DNA of 32,000 nt from Trichodesmium erythraeum IMS101 (GTDB lineage: Bacteria; Cyanobacteriota; Cyanobacteriia; Cyanobacteriales; Microcoleaceae): contig NC_008312.1 of NCBI RefSeq assembly GCF_000014265.1, positions 7,440,001-7,472,000 of the forward strand, read 5' to 3'. A model generated the notes under the pieces. It saw nothing but the letters and a program-made list of their open reading frames with translations, made no database searches and was not told the origin of the DNA. Made by a program: the position numbers and the translations under genes. Within the stretch, counting starts at the first letter, position 1, and each line of letters begins with the position of its first letter. Of the stretch, positions 19,571-28,069 are shown piece after piece.

Positions 19571-20523
19571 TAGTTATTTTAAATAAAACTGAGACACTAT
19601 TTGGCACAATAATTACGAATAACTTCATCAAGAGATGTATTGATAGGTAAATACATTCTAGCTCTTTTTAATGCACTAAAATCATGTTCTTAGTCATTTA
19701 AATCAGGAGAGTATTTTGGCAAAAATAGTAATTGGTGACCCCCTGCTTCTACTAATTCTCTAATAACGTTTTTTCGTAATTAATGGTGAATTATCCGTGC
19801 AGCAGTACACTGGGAATTTTTAATGATGGTAATAAATGTTTATCTAACCATTGTTCAAATCCCACAGCATTTAGACTTCCTTTGAATATAATTGGTGCTA
19901 TTAAATCTTTTTCCTTTTTTTCTTCTCCCGGCTACTAAATTTTCTCTTTTACCTCGTTTTCTCTCTTGCTCACCATAAATTTTTTCCCTTTTTTTGACCA
20001 GGCATAAATACAGTCTTGATTATCTTAAAATCCTGATTCATCAATAAATACAAGGCTTTTAATTCCAAATATTTGGATAAAATTTCGAGGGAAAGCTGAT
20101 AATATTTTATCCTTTCTTATCTATTTCTTTCTCTATAACGAAGTTGTTTCTTTTTTCAAGAAAAATTCATTTTTTTTAAAGCATAAAATATAGCTGGTTG
20201 ATTAACTCCAAATTTTTAGACCTGTCTGACAATGAGCGACTCTAGATTTGGTTTTACATCTTTTTCTAATTCTTTCCAATCTAATTTTTTTTTGACGACT
20301 TTTTACCTTAGTTGCTGACAATTTTGGGCGAGATAACCATCTATATATCGAAGCTCTTCCTATCCCAAATGTATGAGCTGCTTTGGTAATTGTACCGCCA
20401 TTTTCTACAAAATTTATTACTTTTTTTCTGAAATCTAAACTGTAAGGAATAGTTCAAAATATTTTCTAGTTGACTTAATTTTATTATACCCAATTCTTGT
20501 TTCAATCTTAATTAAAACGACTA
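19571..20523 (-). mobile_element. Degenerate IS630-family element type D, copy 2
   Basis: Reverse complement of 3180-4129, with scattered differences. TA flanks at 19569-19570 and 20524-20525. Confidence 0.7.
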
Positions 20524-20557
20524 TATATATTACCTGTTTATTACCTGTTTACAATTT

Positions 20558-21533
20558 AGTATTCCTGTATATGTAGTGATAAAATTATAATGAAGTGATC
20601 GCTTCATTATAATGATGAATGAAATACCAAATAGCACCCAAATGGATTTCTAATTTTTTAGAAAAAGATCAAGTTTTTCACAACTCAGGGATACATCCTT
20701 TGACCCAAAGTATTATTTAACCTTTCCATAATAAGCAGTTAAGCCAGTTTCTAATAATCCGATAATTGCCTACAATCAGGAAAAATCAGATCATAAGCTG
20801 ACCAAAAATCTGTATAACAAATTGCACATTGCTTATATATTCCTGGCCATGAATTTCACAATTGGTTAGCGCCTTTTTCTCCTCTTTCTCCTAAAGAGAA
20901 AGCCACAATTTCTTTGGTTTCTATATCAATGGCTAGCCAGAACCATTGCTGATTATTTTTACTCCCAACAAATGACCACATTTCATCACACTCAATAGTC
21001 AGTTTTCCCGGTTTTTTTTAGTACATTTTATAGACTGTGAAACTTCTGCAAAGTTCCAATTAACCTAGTTTTGTCGCCATTTTTAAGATACACCTGTTAC
21101 ACGAATCATCCCAGCTCAACTGATTTTTTCTAATAATAATTTATCAATCAATTCTTGGGGGAGAATTGTTGATGTATACTTTAGAGTTATTGGGGACAAA
21201 TTGTCTTTGACAGGTTTGACATTGATATTTCTATTTTTTATGATGAATTGTCCCATTTTTAACAATATGGCTACTACCACAACTTGGACATTACTTAATC
21301 ATCATTTGCCTCTCGAATTATATGTTAATGTGCATATTTAGTAAGTGTATGTTAGCACAATTTGTGGTATGATATTTAGAAGAGATTTATTAATAACTTA
21401 GTATTTGGTTATATTAAGGGCTCGCCTAGCAAATAAACTTTTAATTTTTAGTAGGCAAAAGCGCAATATTTCTGATATTAATATCCATTACTGACTGCTT
21501 ATATGAACATATCACTACATATATAGGACTACC
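20558..21533 (-). mobile_element. IS1-family element (976 bp), pseudogenised, 8-bp TSD TACAATTT
   Basis: IRs are AGTATTCCTGTATATGTAGTGA and GGTAGTCCTATATATGTAGTGA (reverse complement; GGTA start as in IS1). TACAATTT lies at 20550-20557 and 21534-21541. The InsA-like part is CPSCGSSHIVKNG...YQCQTCQRQF. The InsB-like part is TIECDEMWSFVGSKNNQQWFWLAIDIETKEIVAF...YTDFWSAY, with stops. Confidence 0.8.
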
Positions 21534-21540
21534 TACAATT

Positions 21541-21945
21541 TTACCAATCATTTCCTTTCTGACTTACTGACGCATCCGCCTTAGTTGCTTGCCACAAGTT
21601 CAAAAGTAACAACTCAATCTGATCGCTCAAAGCAGTTATAAAAATTCCATTTTCTTGTTTTGGATCTAGAGTAGTAACCCAAGTTCCTACTAAAGTAACT
21701 TCCACAAATTCATCATCAGCAACACAAAGATCAATATATTCCCCCTCCTCCTTTTCTATAGCTAGCTCCAACATCGACAACTCAGGTAAACTTATAGGCA
21801 GTAAAAAAGCAACAGAACTTGGTTCAACTACAATTTTTTTACCAACTCCCATAGCTAACATTACCCGTAGTGCTACTAACTGTTTGGGAGATTGAGCCAA
21901 ACGCTTGATATAAAAGTCAGATTCAGTATAAGTTAATTTTAGCAT
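21541..21945 (-). CDS. Hypothetical acidic 134-aa protein (no family recognised)
   Basis: Intact ORF with ATG. A good SD (AAGGAGAG) lies about 9 nt upstream. Composition is protein-like and rich in E/D. Confidence 0.6.
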   Translation of the reverse strand: MLKLTYTESDFYIKRLAQSPKQLVALRVMLAMGVGKKIVVEPSSVAFLLPISLPELSMLELAIEKEEGEYIDLCVADDEFVEVTLVGTWVTTLDPKQENGIFITALSDQIELLLLNLWQATKADASVSQKGNDW

Positions 21946-21990
21946 TCCCGGTGGTCTCTCCTTTGTTAATGTGAAGAGCTTCCGATGTTA

Positions 21991-22028
21991 TTGAGTTATT
22001 AATCTATAACTCAAAACTCAAAACTCTT
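21991..22028 (-). promoter_or_regulatory. Operator-like 9-bp inverted repeat plus three tandem heptamers upstream of 21945 ORF
   Basis: TTGAGTTAT-N6-ATAACTCAA (21991-22014) overlaps AACTCAA AACTCAA AACTCTT (22008-22028). On the reverse strand TTGAGT-N18-TAACAT could be a promoter. Confidence 0.35.
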
Positions 22029-22208
22029 CGCAGTCATTGAAATTAGTTTTGTTAACAACATTTGGCATTTAAGATAATTTCCTTGCAATTATCTTCTCAA
22101 ATAACAACATCAAAATGTAGTTCTAGTTACTTCACTAGAATTAACGAAACTTATGAGCAACTTTTCAGGTCAAATCCAGCAAAAAAATAGAACTTTCTAA
22201 AGCTTGTG

Positions 22209-22712
22209 TTACCGTTCGCGCCAGAACTGTTTAGCAAATGCAATAATCAGATGTATTGGTATTTTCGGTTGATGTAATAACTTCATCTCTGCTTCAATTA
22301 GAGTATGACTACCTTTAAAAACATTGCATTTCTCGCAAGCTGTAACTACATACTCCCAAATATGTTTACGGTCTTTTGAGCTACGAATTAGATTATCCAA
22401 AATTAAACGTTTAGTACTACCACAATATTGACAACAATGATGATCTCGCTTTAACACTTCTTTTTGCTTCATTGGAGGAACTTTCCATAACCTTTTTTGG
22501 GAAATCATCCTCAGGGTAATTTGTTGAGACATATATAAGACCAAACTAGTAGAACGTAAAGGCCAGCAACTTCCATTATTAAAATCTAGAGATTCAGCTA
22601 TACTAGACACCCACATAGCGATCGCCCGCTTGATATTTATGCGGGTGATTGGTAAGTAATTCTGAGAAAATATTACCACAGATTGGTTTAATACTTGAGT
22701 TATCATCGTCAC
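22209..22712 (-). CDS. HNH-endonuclease-like protein with degenerate active site
   Basis: 167 aa, with a strong SD (TAGGAGGT) 7 nt before GTG 22712 (alternative ATG at 22706). Both CxxC pairs are retained (CQYCG ... CEKCN). The D-H is D-N (LILDNLI) and WEN is WEY. Confidence 0.7.
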   Translation of the reverse strand: MTMITQVLNQSVVIFSQNYLPITRINIKRAIAMWVSSIAESLDFNNGSCWPLRSTSLVLYMSQQITLRMISQKRLWKVPPMKQKEVLKRDHHCCQYCGSTKRLILDNLIRSSKDRKHIWEYVVTACEKCNVFKGSHTLIEAEMKLLHQPKIPIHLIIAFAKQFWRER

Positions 22713-22831
22713 TGCTTTACCTCCTAATTTAAAATCTTAGATTTTTTATAGCAACTGGTTTCTAAGTTGATTATCTAAATTTAAAAGTTCACTTTATTTT
22801 TTTTTGTTTCTCAATCTTATCTAAAACTAAC

Positions 22832-22865
22832 AGCCCCTGCTCCTATTTTTTCGGAAGCGGGGGCT
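22832..22865 (-). terminator. GC-rich hairpin, possible reverse-strand terminator
   Basis: AGCCCCTGCTCC / GGAAGCGGGGGCT forms an 11-12 bp stem with a 9-nt loop. On the reverse strand it is followed by GTTAGTTTTAG. It sits 120 nt upstream of the HNH-like start. Confidence 0.4.
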
Positions 22866-23435
22866 AGAAAAAACATCTATACCTTTTATTTTGACTTATG
22901 TAGAGATATTTTCATTCTGTACCAAATATTATGAGTGCGCTCCAAATGTTTAATAATGCACAGTAGAAAGTTTTCGCTAATTCGATGAATCTCCCAATAT
23001 TTACAAGAAAATCTTATAAGCACGAAAAATAAATCTGTAGCCTTGGTGGCTCCGCGCTCACAGAAATTAATTGGTAAGACCAAGGTTAGGAGTGACTTAT
23101 CAGGATAAAAGGCCACCAATATGGGGCTTAGGCACAAGCATTTTTATAACTAGTTTAATTAATAGATTATAGCATGATTAGTAATTTTGGATTCCAAACT
23201 ATAAACTTTCCCCTTCCTAATTGATTTGACCTGATATTTGGCCAATAAGGTCTGAAAAATATGATAATTTTTTCGATTAGCTCTAAGCTCATATAATCAA
23301 TGGCAAAATTTTTTCTGCCAAATATAATTTTTCTTAAACTCAATCATAAAATAGTCTTACAACCTTTGAAGAAGTTGTTGTTTGACTGATATATGGCTTA
23401 GATAAATTAATATTTCACAAGAAGGCTCTCAAAAT

Positions 23436-23464
23436 TTGGTTTTAAATCTTAGTTTTTTTATACT
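23436..23464 (+). promoter_or_regulatory. Putative sigma70-type promoter for the RHH gene
   Basis: TTGGTT-N17-TATACT lies about 50 nt upstream of ATG 23513. The call rests on sequence motif only. Confidence 0.3.
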
Positions 23465-23512
23465 ACACTAATATTACAGATATGTTTAGCTAAAAATCAA
23501 GGAAGAAAAATC

Positions 23513-23848
23513 ATGTATACAATTCCCAAAACCTCAACTACTGAGATGGAAGTGACCAGTATTCGTCTAGAAAAAGAGTTAAAGAGTAGACTCAAAAAAC
23601 TAGCCAGTAATAAAGGTTATCAAGCTCTAATTCGAGATATCCTCTGGACTTATGTTCAGCAAAAGTCTGGCGATTATCAGCCACAATTTTCTAATGCAGA
23701 TATTCGAGCAAGTGTACCTGCAACAGCTCAACAAGAAGAACGATGTGTAATCACTGGCAAAGTAATACGACCCAGTGAAGCAATGCTATTAGGACTTACG
23801 ACTAATGGTAATATGGTACCTCTAAGTATAGATAGTATTAAGGATTAA
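23513..23848 (+). CDS. Ribbon-helix-helix (CopG/Arc-like) domain protein, 111 aa
   Basis: VTSIRLEKELKSRLKKLASNKGYQALIRDILWTYV fits a beta-strand/helix/helix RHH pattern. An SD-like AAGGAAG lies upstream. The C-terminal extension of about 55 aa is unassigned. Confidence 0.65.
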   Translation: MYTIPKTSTTEMEVTSIRLEKELKSRLKKLASNKGYQALIRDILWTYVQQKSGDYQPQFSNADIRASVPATAQQEERCVITGKVIRPSEAMLLGLTTNGNMVPLSIDSIKD

Positions 23849-23984
23849 CTACACTTAACTATTGGTGATGGGAAATGGGCTATCAAGAAATCTCAAAAAT
23901 AACTAAGTATAGATAGTATTAAGGATTAACTACACTTAACTATTGGTGATGGGAAATGGGCTATCAAGAAATCTCAAAAATAAC
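23823..23984 (+). repeat. Perfect 81-bp tandem duplication (x2) covering the last 26 nt of the RHH gene
   Basis: TAAGTATAGATAGTATTAAGGATTAAC...CTCAAAAATAAC at 23823-23903 is identical to 23904-23984. Confidence 0.95.
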
Positions 23985-24337
23985 GACGCCCAAATTTATT
24001 TATTCCTCTGCTTACCCATCACCATAATAAAGGTTAAAAGTTAAAAGTTAAAATTAATTTTTGATTTTTGACTAAGTTCTAGGTGCCAAAATGCTTTGCA
24101 AGCGGATAAGTTAGTTCTAATAGCTTTATTTTTAACCAATCAAATAAACCTTCTAATGTAAAGAATAGTCGTGCCAAATGCGGGGATTAATTGTATAAAA
24201 CTTGTGCACCCAAGCAAGAAACCAAGCTTATTGCTTTGATGATTGTTATTTGAATTGCGCTCAATTTTGTCTTATACCAAAAGTAAAAAAGGCTAAATTC
24301 ATAGTGCTTACCTCATAATAATTTCAGGGTACTTATT

Positions 24338-25481
24338 AGACATCTCCAAAAATTAACAAAGCCTTTCCTTGACTTGATCTTAGCCTAGTTGCCATATCAA
24401 GCATCTTTGGTCCTAAAATACGCAATCATAAATCTTTGAGATATTTTCTCTTACTAATTCAACATTTATTTCCCCCCATTTTCACTTTATTCTCTTAATT
24501 TATTATCTTCTTTTTATACTAATATTAATGCTCCTATTCTTAATTTCACTAATCCACATACTACCATTACTACTTTCTCATAACTTTTCTCTTTTAATCT
24601 AAATCTTTCTCTCGCAATTCCAAATATTTTTAGTAATCTAATTACATGTTCTACGAATATTCTTTTTTGGGCTTTTTGTTGATTTTTTTCTTTTATTTCT
24701 TCTGGCATTTCTTTTTTTCTTGGTTTCTTTTTTGGTGTACTTGTTCTTTCTGCTCCTTGATCTGCCTTATCCCCTTGAAAATATTGATTATCCTTAAAAT
24801 TTTCCCGTTGTTTGTTTAATAAATTTATATCACTTAATGGTCCCCTTTCTCCGATAATTACATCCACTATTTCTGTTCCTTTTGGTGTCGTTATTATTTG
24901 ATTTTTAAAGGTATTATTTTTCTTGTTTCCTGAATAATATTTTTCTGGTTTTTCAGATTCTTTTGGTCTTTCTCTACTTTGTTCTGAGCTATCTACTATT
25001 AATTCTAATTCCATTAACGCTTCTTTTACCCCTTCTAATTCATCTTCTTTTTTTTGACTTGTTCTAATAAACTAGCTGGTAATAAATCTGGTAAAATATT
25101 TATCCAGTAATGGAATATATTATTGGCTGTTGATTCACTAACTCCAAAATTTATTCCTAATAATTGAAAAGTTGGTATATGATGTAAATAATATAGCGTT
25201 AAAAATATTTATTCTGTTTTAGTTAAAGTCTTTTTTCTGCCTCCACCTGGTTTAATTAAACTTATTTCTTTCTCGGCAATTACCTGGAAATTTTCTGATT
25301 CTTTGATAATTGCATTTTCTATTAATTGTGTTAGCTGTTCATAAGTAATCCCTATAATTCTTTTTGTTTCTTTCGGATAATTATGAATGTACTCTAAAGT
25401 TTTATTCATTGGTATAGCTACCTAAATAAAATTGTAAATGAACATTACAATCTTATCTTATTTTCTATTTTGGAGATGTCT
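24338..25481 (-). mobile_element. Harbinger/PIF-like (DDE_Tnp_4) IS, copy B, 3-bp TSD ATT
   Basis: Termini are AGACATCTCCAAAAA ... TTTTGGAGATGTCT. ATT lies at 24335-24337 and 25482-25484. The transposase has an in-frame TAA after ...GGGRKKTLTKTE. It resumes as YYLHHIPTFQLLG...ELIVDSSEQ...YYSGNKK...RIFVEHVIRLLKIFGIARERFR. Confidence 0.8.
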
Positions 25482-25576
25482 ATTTATAACATTATTTTTG
25501 TTCTTTTTTCATGTACTTTATTACAACTGGGTTTCAACTAAAATCCGATCTCCTCTTCTTGCCGCTCTATCCTAGG

Positions 25577-25616
25577 AAAGAAAAACCCTGGGGTTTGATA
25601 GAAAAATACACCCCAA
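25577..25616 (-). terminator. Rho-independent terminator candidate for the HMA gene
   Basis: Reverse strand: CTTGGGGT-15 nt loop-ACCCCAGG followed by GTTTTTCTTTCC. It starts about 30 nt after the stop codon. Confidence 0.5.
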
Positions 25617-25646
25617 GTTTACATTTTAGTTATAGCTTAGTTAATT

Positions 25647-25841
25647 TTATTCAACTGTATGTCCAGCAGAAGTAATTACTTCTTTAATAGAGTCTTCAGA
25701 TGCTTCAGTTTCTACTGTAACTATCTTTTGCCCTATATTCACTTGGACATCAGCTTCAGACTCGTAGTTTTTAATTGCTTTAGTAATAGTATCTGCACAT
25801 GCACTACAAGCAATAGATGTAACTTTCAATTGTATTGCCAT
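25647..25841 (-). CDS. Heavy-metal-associated (HMA) domain metallochaperone, 64 aa
   Basis: Size and pattern of a beta-alpha-beta-beta-alpha-beta fold, with CxxC (IACSAC) near the N-terminus. It is CopZ/Atx1-like; metal specificity is not determinable. Confidence 0.75.
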   Translation of the reverse strand: MAIQLKVTSIACSACADTITKAIKNYESEADVQVNIGQKIVTVETEASEDSIKEVITSAGHTVE

Positions 25842-25899
25842 ATTAAAAAAATTTGTTATGTAACATACTCAAAAGCCAAATTTACCATAATATTTGGGC

Positions 25900-26166
25900 T
25901 TATTGTTTCCTAACCCCACTATGCCTTATGACTCTAGGAGCTTTCATAAAGGAATACCCTATCACTCTGTATTCTATATTTCTGGTTGCGTCTTGATCCC
26001 GACACATTACAATATCACTACAGAGGATAAGAATAAATTCTTTTAAATAGTTTTTTTGGAACTGACCAAATCCAATTTTACCAATTCTTTGGTTGTGGTA
26101 TTTGGATTGGCAGTTATCGTTTTCTATCCAACATTCTTGGCTTTGAGACCAAGAATAAAAAAGGAT
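25900..26166 (-). pseudogene. C-terminal remnant of a TnpB (IS200/IS605 OrfB) gene
   Basis: An open 88-codon stretch without a start reads ...ECWIENDNCQSKYHNQRIGKIGFGQFQKNYLKEF..LCSDIVMCRDQDATRNIEYRVIGYS... This resembles the RuvC-II E region, the GWGxF motif and the DRDxNAAxNI end of TnpB. The zinc-finger segment appears deleted. Confidence 0.4.
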
Positions 26167-26503
26167 TTACATCTCTTATTCTGGTGTACTTAATTTATTT
26201 ACTTAATCTTATTTACTATGTCCTTATGATAAATATTAACTTAATAATATCTAATTATAACATCAATTTTTCCCAAGAGTGCAAAAAACAATATTTATAA
26301 ATTAATTGGCCGGAACACAGGATTGGAATTTACTCTAGATTTAAGCTTACTCAGAGATTATTGCGTGAGATGAATCTATGCTCTAGCTAAATAATTTCTA
26401 ACTAAGTGTAAGTATAGCAGTAGTTATGAATTTCTATAATCAGAATTAAAAGAAAGAAGGAAGACTAAATTTGAAGTAAATTTTGAAAAAAAGGGAAAAC
26501 AGT

Positions 26504-28069
26504 CTTTAGGGACTTGCGTAAAAATAAGATACCCACTAAGAGCACAGAGGTAGCAAGTAGCGGATTTCTAGAAGCAACTACTTGCAGGTTGGAAGCAAAG
26601 GAATCTCTAGAATGCTACTACTAAACGATAGAATTAAATCAACCTTTCAAGATGCAGCGAAGAAACTGAGGGGACATCATAAGTGTGGCTTGACAGCAAA
26701 AATTGCTGAAGATTATTTGGGAGGGTCAGCCCGCAAAGCAGAACGAATGTTTGGATGGAATCGCAAAAGCGTTCAGTTGGATTTGCACGAGCGTAACACA
26801 GGTTTGATATGTGTAGACAATTATCAGGCACGAGGTCGCTACAAAACTGAAGTGATTTTATCTGATTTTGAAGGCGACATTCATGCTCTGGTGGATGCTC
26901 AATTTCAGGCAGAAGCGTAACACAGGTTTGATATGTGTAGATAATTATCAGGCACGCGCTACAAAACTGAAGTGATTTTACCTGATTTTGAAGGCGACAT
27001 TCATGCTCTGGTGGATGCTCAATTTCAGGCAGAAGCGTAACACAGGTTTGATATGTGTAGATAATTATCAGGCACGCGCTACAAAACTGAAGTGATTTTA
27101 CCTGATTTTGAAGGCGACATTCATGCTCTGGTGGATGCTCAATTTCAGGCATAACCGAAGTTATTTTCCACATTTGTTTATGCCCGCATCAGTGCGCGGG
27201 GGTTGGGGGAGGGGTTAATTACTCAGAAGGGATACTCACACTCTTCACTACCGAATCGCCAAACCATCGGTGATATTCTCAACCGACTGGGATATCGCCT
27301 AAAAAAACACAAAAAACAAAACCCTTGAAGAAAGTTCCAAACCGATGCCATTTTTGAGAATGTCTGGAAACAAAATCACAGATAGCAATGACAATGGTAA
27401 GTCACTACGAATCTCTATTGAGACCACAGCCAAAGTCAAAATTGGCAATCTTTCGCGCAATGGTAAAGCCCGCACCTTAGAAGCTAAAGAAGCCGATGAC
27501 CATGATATCCAATGGCAATCAGTGTTGGTTCTATTTGGCATTCTCAATACTCAAACAGATCAGTTATCAATTTACTTTGGACAGTCGGCAGAAACTAGCG
27601 ATTTCATTGTTGATTGTTTAACTGCTTAGTGGTACAAGCAACAACACAAGTACACCCAACTGGAGGAAGAGGAACTGGTTATTGACCTTGATGGAGGCAG
27701 TGCTACTCGAAATAATTGCACCCAATTTATTAAGGGTATGGTTGAATTTTATCATGGGACTGGCTTGAGAATTCGCCTAATCTACTATCCTCCTTACCAT
27801 AGTAATTACAATCCTATAGAACGATGTTGGGCTGTCGAACGAAAACTACTGGAATGGGGCTATTTTAAATTTGCTTGAAACCCGGCTGGAAGGGTGTTGC
27901 GCCAATTATCCACCTAGTTGAGACCACTTATCAAACTGGAGTTAAAGTTTTAGCTGACGAATTAGAACATTACAAACCCTTTTTGCTGCCCTCTGAAACA
28001 TTGCCTAAATAGTACATCACAATTTTACCATTCTCTTCGCTGTCTTATTTATCCGCTAGTCCCTTAGGG
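26504..28069 (+). mobile_element. ISAzo13-family element, pseudogenised, with internal triplication
   Basis: Imperfect IRs are CTTTAGGGACTTGCGTAAAAATAAGATA and CCCTAAGGGACTAGCGGATAAATAAGACA (reverse complement). The N-terminus is MLLLNDRIKSTFQDAAKKL...GGSARKAERMFGWNRKSVQL...ARGRYKTEV. Later parts (…IYYPPYHSNYNPIERCW…) are frame-broken. Confidence 0.7.
26791..27150 (+). repeat. Tandem repeat of about 120 bp, x3 (124 + 120 + 116 bp)
   Basis: Units start at 26791, 26915 and 27035. Units 2 and 3 are identical. Unit 1 differs by 2 substitutions and carries 4 extra nt (AGGT). Confidence 0.95.

Noticed and set aside
22886-23137. 83-aa ORF in the HNH/RHH intergenic region
   Set aside because: It starts at TTG, has no SD, and has Cys/Phe/Leu-rich low-complexity-like content with no recognisable domain. 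The region is better considered as non-coding (see the structured-RNA finding).
25659-25913. 84-aa plus-strand ORF
   Set aside because: It is antisense to the HMA chaperone gene, and its Cys/Phe-rich sequence is typical of antisense reading.
26504-26530. Shared GGGACTT/GGACTT motif in the termini of unrelated elements (type D GGACTTACGCAAAG, ISAzo13-like TAGGGACTTGCGTAAAA, IS701-like CGGGACTTTAG; also 843-866)
   Set aside because: Only 6-9 nt are shared and the downstream parts differ. This may reflect chance or a common host factor site, and I cannot support a common origin from this window alone.
26791-27150. Could the regularly spaced repeats be a CRISPR array?
   Set aside because: The units are about 120 bp and directly abutting with no unique spacers, and they are clearly transposase coding sequence. 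The 81-bp (23823-23984) and 55-bp (13307-13416) repeats are likewise simple two-unit tandem duplications.
26634-27173. 179-aa reverse-strand ORF with three near-identical 40-aa repeats (…LPEIEHPPEHECRLQNQVKSLQFCSACLIIIYTYQTCVTL…)
   Set aside because: It lies antisense to an ISAzo13-type transposase frame. It is kept open only because the 120-bp tandem unit is a multiple of three. It has no SD and an implausible composition. I treat it as a by-product of the DNA repeat.
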